This document shows, in pieces, positions 58,122 through 64,000 of a DNA stretch of 64,000 bases. Numbering within the stretch: position 1 is the stretch's first letter; each line of letters opens with the position of its first letter. The notes beneath the pieces were generated by a model. It saw nothing but the letters and a program-made list of their open reading frames with translations. It had not been told where the DNA came from and ran no database searches. A program made the translations under genes and the position numbers. The DNA comes from an uncultured Dehalococcoidia bacterium (GTDB lineage Bacteria; Chloroflexota; Dehalococcoidia; Lucifugimonadales; UBA826), in contig CAYMZR010000002.1 of the NCBI GenBank assembly GCA_964394975.1, forward strand, positions 8,979-72,978, given 5' to 3'.

Positions 58122-60698
58122 ATGGCGACTCCAGCTCGACAACAATATTTGGATATTAAATCAAACCATCCTAACGATATTTTGTTATTCAGAATGGGAG
58201 ATTTCTACGAAACTTTTGATGATGACGCCAAAGTGGTCGCAAAGGACCTTGAAATAGCTCTTACCTCTCGAGAGATGGGAAAGGGAGAAAAAATACCCCT
58301 TGCCGGCATTCCATATCATTCACTTGACGGATACCTATCTAAATTGATTTCAAAAGGTCACCGCATCGCAATTTGTGAACAAACTAGCGACCCAAGAGAG
58401 TCTAAAGGAATTGTAGATAGAGAAGTTGTTCGCATTGTCACCCCCGGCACAGTCGTGGAAGATCAACTCCTAGAGAGAAACGTAAATAATTATTTAGTTT
58501 CTGTCGTGATTCAGGATAAATATGCTGGGGTTTCATATGTTGATATAACCACTACCGAGTTCCTAACCACAGAGCTACCAATTAGTGATTTGGCAGCGGA
58601 AATAAATAGAATAAATCCTACGGAATTAATAACATCTGAGCCATTACCAAAACATTTTTTAGACCGAATTGATGTCTATATGACTTTGATGGATAAAGGT
58701 TTCTTTACACGATCCGATTCCAGAAAAATAATTGAGCAAAATTTTCAAGTTTCTTCTTTAGAATCCTTTGGTTGCAGAGATCTATCCTTGGCAACCCAAG
58801 CTGCAGCCCTAATAATTGAATATTTAAAAAAACATCAACTTTCAGCCCTAGAAAGTATTCCTACTCTGAGGACCTATTCCACAAAACCATATATGGCCCT
58901 TGACCAACAGACAAGTCGAAATCTGGAGATTTTTTCTACTGGCAGAAATGAATCTCAAGAATCATCTCTGTTTTCAATATTGGATAAAACTGACACTCCA
59001 ATGGGAGGAAGGTTACTCCGCAAATGGTTGGGCCAACCATTATTGGATTTAAGATTACTCAAGGACAGACAAAAGGCTGTCGAATGGTTCATGCGAGAAT
59101 CCATAAGGCGAGGAGAAATATCAGCAGTTCTGAAAAATATTTCCGACATCGAACGCTTAACTACTAAGATAAAAATGAGAACTGCTGGACCGAGGGACTT
59201 AGTAGGTTTAGGAAACAGTTTAGAAATGATTCCTGATCTTGTTAATTTAGCTTCACGGGGTAATGATGTGGACGACATTGCATGGGTTTCAGATGAATTT
59301 AGCGATAACACCAAAACATATGAATTGATAAAAAATTCCATCGACTTGGAAACGCCAGCATTAGTGGGGGAAGGCAAAACAATCAAACCCGGTTTTTCAA
59401 AAACATTGGACTCTCTTAAAAAGGAATCATCTAAAGCCAAAATTAACATGGCTAACATAGAATCTCGTGAGAAGAAAAACACAGGTATTAAATCCTTGAA
59501 AATTGGTTACAACAGAGTATTTGGGTATTACATTGAGGTTAGCAAATCCTATATTGAACAGGTGCCGCCGGAGTATATAAGACGTCAAACTTTAGTTGGT
59601 GGAGAAAGATACGTTACACCAGAAATGAAAGAGTATGAATCGATCATACTTAGCACAAGTTCTAAAATAGAAGACACAGAAAAAAAACTGTTTGAGCAAA
59701 TTTGTTTGGATATATCGTCTCATCTAGAGCCATTACTAAAAACTTCATACGCTGTATCTTTGATGGATGTTTTTCATTCCTTGGCAAAAGTTGCCACAGA
59801 ACGAAACTATATCAAGCCTCACCTTAATAATTCTGACACAATTCATATCAAATCCGGTAGACACCCTGTTATAGAACAAATTGTTGGCCCTGGAGAGTTT
59901 GTACCCAATGACGCGGATCTGTCGAATACAAAAGATCAAATATTACTGATAACAGGTCCTAATATGTCTGGCAAATCAACTTATCTTAGGCAGGTAGGGA
60001 TCCTAACCTTGCTAGCGCAGGTTGGCAGTTTTATCCCGGCTGAATCAGCCACCATAGGGATCGTAGACAGGATATTTACTAGGGTCGGCCTCCAAGATGA
60101 TTTGACGAAGGGTCAGTCAACTTTTATGGTCGAAATGTTGGAAACCGCATACATACTGAACCAGGCAACAAATAAATCTTTGATCATATTAGATGAGATA
60201 GGTCGTGGTACTAGTACCTATGATGGGCTGGCAATTGCTCAAGCTGTTGCAGAGTTTATCCATCAAGAGAGTTCTTTAAGTTGCAAAACTCTTTTCGCCA
60301 CCCATTATCATGAAATGACCGAACTATCTACCTATCTAAAAAGGGTAACTAATTTGCATGTATCCATCTCTGATGTAAATGGAGAAGTGACTTTCTTAAG
60401 GCAATTAATGCCAGGAGGGGCCGACAAAAGTTACGGAATACACGTAGCCAAATTAGCTGGTCTCCCTCCTAAAATTGTGTCAAGGGCTTGGGAAATACTT
60501 ACTATGCTGGAAAATGACAAATACACACGTAATTCCTTCCTGGACGAAAAAGTGGAGAAATCATTCCAGACACAAATGTTTTCAAGTCGAAGTTGGATTC
60601 AAGAAGAGTTAGCGAATATCAATGTAGACGACATGACTCCTTTAGAGGCATTGATAAAGCTACAATCACTAAAGAACCAGGCTGCTCAGTCAGATTGA
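58122..60698 (+). CDS. mutS: DNA mismatch repair protein MutS
   Basis: TPARQQYLDIK...FRMGDFYETF mismatch-binding motif, GPNMSGKSTYLRQ Walker A, and DEIGRGTSTYDG. The ATG at 58122 matches the family N-terminus, although the ORF is open from 58062. Confidence 0.95.
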   Translation: MATPARQQYLDIKSNHPNDILLFRMGDFYETFDDDAKVVAKDLEIALTSREMGKGEKIPLAGIPYHSLDGYLSKLISKGHRIAICEQTSDPRESKGIVDREVVRIVTPGTVVEDQLLERNVNNYLVSVVIQDKYAGVSYVDITTTEFLTTELPISDLAAEINRINPTELITSEPLPKHFLDRIDVYMTLMDKGFFTRSDSRKIIEQNFQVSSLESFGCRDLSLATQAAALIIEYLKKHQLSALESIPTLRTYSTKPYMALDQQTSRNLEIFSTGRNESQESSLFSILDKTDTPMGGRLLRKWLGQPLLDLRLLKDRQKAVEWFMRESIRRGEISAVLKNISDIERLTTKIKMRTAGPRDLVGLGNSLEMIPDLVNLASRGNDVDDIAWVSDEFSDNTKTYELIKNSIDLETPALVGEGKTIKPGFSKTLDSLKKESSKAKINMANIESREKKNTGIKSLKIGYNRVFGYYIEVSKSYIEQVPPEYIRRQTLVGGERYVTPEMKEYESIILSTSSKIEDTEKKLFEQICLDISSHLEPLLKTSYAVSLMDVFHSLAKVATERNYIKPHLNNSDTIHIKSGRHPVIEQIVGPGEFVPNDADLSNTKDQILLITGPNMSGKSTYLRQVGILTLLAQVGSFIPAESATIGIVDRIFTRVGLQDDLTKGQSTFMVEMLETAYILNQATNKSLIILDEIGRGTSTYDGLAIAQAVAEFIHQESSLSCKTLFATHYHEMTELSTYLKRVTNLHVSISDVNGEVTFLRQLMPGGADKSYGIHVAKLAGLPPKIVSRAWEILTMLENDKYTRNSFLDEKVEKSFQTQMFSSRSWIQEELANINVDDMTPLEALIKLQSLKNQAAQSD

Positions 60699-61537
60699 TC
60701 TAGTAATGCTTGCCGGGCAGCAGAAAACATAACGCCAACTGGCGCCTCCTTTCCAGTCCAGAGTTCAAAGGATGCAGCTCCCTGCAGAACAAGCATAGGT
60801 AGTCCGCTTAATATCCTAGCACCTTTGTTTTCTGCGTTTTTCAGCATAGGTGTATCAAGGGGGTTGTAAACCATATCGTTGACCAAAGTGGAGCTATCGA
60901 TATTGAAACCTTCCAACGGGTCAATATGAGCCCCCGAGGTGTGTTTCATACCTAAAGATGTAGAATTGACAATCAAAGACACTGAAGATGAGGATTTGCT
61001 AAACTCTGGGCCATCCAATCCAATTGGTTTAACTTCTCCCATCTGGGAAAACTCGTCAGCCAATCGCTTTGCTCTCTCATAAGTCCTATTAGCTATCCAA
61101 AGAGTATTTACTTTTGCTTCCATCAAGGCATGCGCTGCAGCTCTAGCGGCGCCTCCCGCACCTATTAACAAAACATCCCTGCCAGATGGTTCATAATTTC
61201 CATATTCTGAGATCGCTCTGAGAAACCCTACCGTATCGGTGTTGTAACCTACCAAAACCCCAGATTGGTTGACTATAGTGTTCACTGAACCAATTTTTAA
61301 TGCCCAATCATCTATTTCATCCAGCAGAGGCATCACTAATTCCTTGTATGGGATGGTTACATTGGCACCCAGAAAATCTGATTGACTCAAAGCTTGAACT
61401 GTTTCAGGTAGCCCAACAAGGTCAACAGGCCAAGCCTCGTATGTAGCTTCTATTCCCAGATTGGTAAAAGCTGCGTTTTGAAAGTGTGGCGATATTGAAT
61501 GCGCTAACGGATACCCCAGTATTCCTGATTTTCTCAT
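60686..61537 (-). CDS. aroE: shikimate dehydrogenase
   Basis: GYPLAHSISPHFQNAAF, NVTIPYK, NTD, and GAGGAARA motifs. The 3' end overlaps the mutS 3' end by 13 nt. Confidence 0.9.
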   Translation of the reverse strand: MRKSGILGYPLAHSISPHFQNAAFTNLGIEATYEAWPVDLVGLPETVQALSQSDFLGANVTIPYKELVMPLLDEIDDWALKIGSVNTIVNQSGVLVGYNTDTVGFLRAISEYGNYEPSGRDVLLIGAGGAARAAAHALMEAKVNTLWIANRTYERAKRLADEFSQMGEVKPIGLDGPEFSKSSSSVSLIVNSTSLGMKHTSGAHIDPLEGFNIDSSTLVNDMVYNPLDTPMLKNAENKGARILSGLPMLVLQGAASFELWTGKEAPVGVMFSAARQALLDQSD

Positions 61538-61620
61538 ATGAATATGATTCCGAACCCGATGAGTAGACCTCTCAGATTTGAGTTTAATGGTACCAATATA
61601 TTTAATATATAAGTTAACAT

Positions 61621-62283
61621 ATGAGGCACTTCAATATATCGGTAAATGGAATCCCTAAATTGTTTAATTTGACACCAAACACAATCCCTGAACTAGAAAG
61701 TTACATTGCCCAATGTGCAAATTGTGATTTGTCGAAAACAAGGAATCTCACTGTCCCTGGCAGCGGTAATTACAGTGCGGATATCATGTTGATTGGGGAG
61801 GCTCCCGGCTCTAATGAGGACAAAACAGGGAAACCATTTGCCGGAAGAGCGGGAGGTCTATTAGATGAACTGCTGACAAGCTCCGCGATAAAAAGGTCCG
61901 AGGTATACATCACAAATATGCTCAAATGCAGGCCTCCTAGTAACAGGGACCCCCAATTAGCTGAGATATCTGCATGTCAGCAACATCTCGATCTACAAAT
62001 CTCCTTAGTGAACCCATCAGTCATAGTTACCTTAGGACGATTTTCCTTTGCCAAATTTTTTCCGCAAATAGCACTAAGCGGCTCCAGGGGAACTGTAAGG
62101 GATTGGAAAGGGATTAAGATTCTTCCCGTTTATCATCCCGCCGCGGCTTTATACAATCCAAGTCTAAAGCCAAAATTAATACAAGACTTCCAGAAAATTA
62201 CTACTCTAATAACCAAAAAACAAAATACGAATTTATCTGACATCCAAAGACAGCCTAATACTCAATTAAGTTTGTTTGAATAG
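61621..62283 (+). CDS. family 4 uracil-DNA glycosylase
   Basis: CANCDL Fe-S cysteines, GEAPGSNEDKTGKPFAGRAGGLL, and HPAAALY. Confidence 0.88.
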   Translation: MRHFNISVNGIPKLFNLTPNTIPELESYIAQCANCDLSKTRNLTVPGSGNYSADIMLIGEAPGSNEDKTGKPFAGRAGGLLDELLTSSAIKRSEVYITNMLKCRPPSNRDPQLAEISACQQHLDLQISLVNPSVIVTLGRFSFAKFFPQIALSGSRGTVRDWKGIKILPVYHPAAALYNPSLKPKLIQDFQKITTLITKKQNTNLSDIQRQPNTQLSLFE

Positions 62284-62302
62284 CATCTTGAACGATCTAC
62301 CA

Positions 62303-63607
62303 ATGAAAATAATACCTTTAGGCGGGCTCGGCCAAATCGGCAAGAACATGATGGTTCTTGAATACAACGGTCAAATTTTGGTGATTGATGCTGGAATAGC
62401 TTTCCCTTCTGAAATTAATCCAACCCTTGGTTTTGGAGTAGCTGACACCAAATATTTATCCGACAAAAAAGACATGATTCAAGGAGTATTGATCACACAT
62501 GGCCACGACGATCACATAGGAGGACTTCCATACTTTTTAAATCAATTCCAAGTTCCAGTCTATTCGACTCCTCTGACAAAGAGTTTTATAGAATTCAAAC
62601 TCGGGAATAAAAACAAGGATAACCTCTGTAGTGTAAATTTTTATGAATTCCATAAACTAGGTAAATTTCAATTTCAATTCTTTCCAGTTTGCCATTCAAT
62701 ACCAGATTCAGCAGGCATCTTGATTAAAACAGAGACGGCCTCATTAATTCACACGGGGGATTTTAAATTTGACGATAACCCAACCATTGGGAACCCCATA
62801 AATACAGAATATCTATCAGCCTTGTCTAGTAACAAAAATCTAATACTATGCTCAGATTCTACCTACGCTGAAAAGCCAGGATACACAGATTCCGAATCAA
62901 TTTTAGCCACAAATCTAGAAGTCATTCTTAGTGGTGCCCAAGGCAGAGTATTAATTGCAACATTTTCTTCATTATTGTCTCGAATACAGCAGATTATAAA
63001 CATTTCCGCTAAATTAGGACGTAAAGTAGCTGTAGTAGGTCGTAGCATGGTTAGAAATCTTGATTTTGCATTGGGTGCAGGGTATGTTCTCGATCCGAAA
63101 AACACCGTAATTACTTTGAAAGAATCAACAAATTTAAAAGATGATGAAATTGTACTAATAACAACAGGAGCCCAGGGAGAAGTTAACTCGGCCATGGGAT
63201 TAATTTCTAGTATGCGACATAGTGATGTGAAGATCCAAAAAGGTGACACTGTTCTTATATCTTCCTCCCCTATCCCTGGAAATGAAGTCAGATATTCTCA
63301 CATGATAAATAATCTATTTAGGCAAGGTGGAGAGGTCATATATCAGAACATTTCGCTGGTGCACGTCCATGGCCATGGTAGTCAAAATGACCTTCAGCGC
63401 ATGATAAGCTTGATTAAACCCGAATATTTCATACCAATCCATGGTGAAACCAGACACTTAGTAGCACACGCAAGAATTGCTGAAAACAGTGGAGTGGCTG
63501 CTCAGAATATTTTTTTGATTGAAGATGGCTGCACAGTAGAAATAACGAAACGAAAAGCGTCTTTGGGAACAAAAGTGCATTCTGGAACAACATATATCAA
63601 TGGTTAA
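62303..63607 (+). CDS. rnj: ribonuclease J (metallo-beta-lactamase/beta-CASP), short form without the C-terminal domain
   Basis: MKIIPLGGLGQIGKNM N-terminus, HGHDDHIGG, HVHGHGSQ, and IPIHGE motifs. The ORF-track start is the TTG at 62276, and the ATG at 62303 matches the family N-terminus. Confidence 0.88.
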   Translation: MKIIPLGGLGQIGKNMMVLEYNGQILVIDAGIAFPSEINPTLGFGVADTKYLSDKKDMIQGVLITHGHDDHIGGLPYFLNQFQVPVYSTPLTKSFIEFKLGNKNKDNLCSVNFYEFHKLGKFQFQFFPVCHSIPDSAGILIKTETASLIHTGDFKFDDNPTIGNPINTEYLSALSSNKNLILCSDSTYAEKPGYTDSESILATNLEVILSGAQGRVLIATFSSLLSRIQQIINISAKLGRKVAVVGRSMVRNLDFALGAGYVLDPKNTVITLKESTNLKDDEIVLITTGAQGEVNSAMGLISSMRHSDVKIQKGDTVLISSSPIPGNEVRYSHMINNLFRQGGEVIYQNISLVHVHGHGSQNDLQRMISLIKPEYFIPIHGETRHLVAHARIAENSGVAAQNIFLIEDGCTVEITKRKASLGTKVHSGTTYING

Positions 63608-63729
63608 CCGCCGGTAAAACCACAATAATTTAGTGTAAACTTTGCTAGCACAAACCTACCTAGGTTTACTAGACTATCGTAGATGGACTAATTGACTTTT
63701 CCTGTTTAAACACACTGTACAGGTATGGT

Positions 63730-64000
63730 ATGAATCAACATACTGACAACAACGAACCGACTATTCCTCTTAACCCAACTGCGGCAATTTTATGGGTCGG
63801 CATTGCTGCCTTGCTCTGGTTGCCAATAATCACCACTGCATTTTGGGCCAGTATATTACCTAATTTCATTCTTGAACCCATGGATTCTTTCGTAAATTGG
63901 ACCGGTCTTGGAATCGCCTTGCTTTCTCTATGGTTTATAGTCATTGCGTTTTTTTTCGGGTTGCACAAAATAAATCAGATCAGCTTTAACAATGTTAGAC
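63730..64000 (+). CDS. N-terminal fragment of a membrane protein (runs off the 3' edge)
   Basis: The frame starting at the ATG at 63730 is open to the window end. It reads MNQHTDNNEPTIPLNPTAAILWVGIAALLWLPIITTAFW...GLGIALLSLWFIVIAFFFGL and contains two clear TM helices. It is absent from the ORF track because there is no stop in the window. Confidence 0.5.
   Translation, partial: MNQHTDNNEPTIPLNPTAAILWVGIAALLWLPIITTAFWASILPNFILEPMDSFVNWTGLGIALLSLWFIVIAFFFGLHKINQISFNNVR

Noticed and set aside
63735-63968. A 77-aa minus-strand ORF at the 3' end of the window.
   Set aside because: The opposite (+) frame from the ATG at 63730 is open to the window edge and encodes two clean TM helices. The minus-strand product has no features, so the plus-strand partial CDS is preferred.

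Overview
This is a densely packed, AT-leaning (about 40% GC by eye) bacterial chromosome segment with about 58 protein-coding genes and no rRNA, tRNA, CRISPR array, transposase or integrase that I can see. Most genes are core metabolism and housekeeping. They include glyQS, sbcD, folK/folP/folE, a carboxyltransferase cluster followed by mdh, eno, gap, pdxS/pdxT, tmk, thrC, glyA, rnc, glnA, gltB/gltD, ftsY, nuoE/F/G-like genes, mutS, aroE, a family-4 UDG and RNase J. The YYY-domain/TIGR03663-type membrane gene pair, PdxST, RNase J and dimeric GlyRS suggest a streamlined marine Chloroflexota-like genome; this is an inference. Intergenic spacers are tiny and several convergent genes overlap at their stop codons, so the few long or structured non-coding stretches stand out. 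The strongest observation is a DsbA/HCCA-isomerase-fold gene (30324-30953, minus strand). Its N-terminal active-site segment is encoded in frame upstream of the ORF-track start and is interrupted only by a TGA exactly at the nucleophile position. A hairpin lies 16 nt downstream of that TGA, which makes this a candidate selenocysteine gene with a bacterial SECIS. Other items worth follow-up are listed here.
- A biotin carboxyltransferase cluster with no biotin carboxylase and a small ORF carrying an OadG-like motif.
- A soluble NuoEFG-like plus FNR module whose G-like subunit lacks the catalytic Cys/Sec.
- An MshA-like / MshD-like / CelD-like trio.
- A four-gene YYY / GT-C-like / flippase-like / flavoprotein envelope cluster.
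- A 455-aa orphan ORF next to a ThDP enzyme.
- A perfect 28-bp hairpin between convergent genes.
- An atypically long 429-nt region upstream of glnA.
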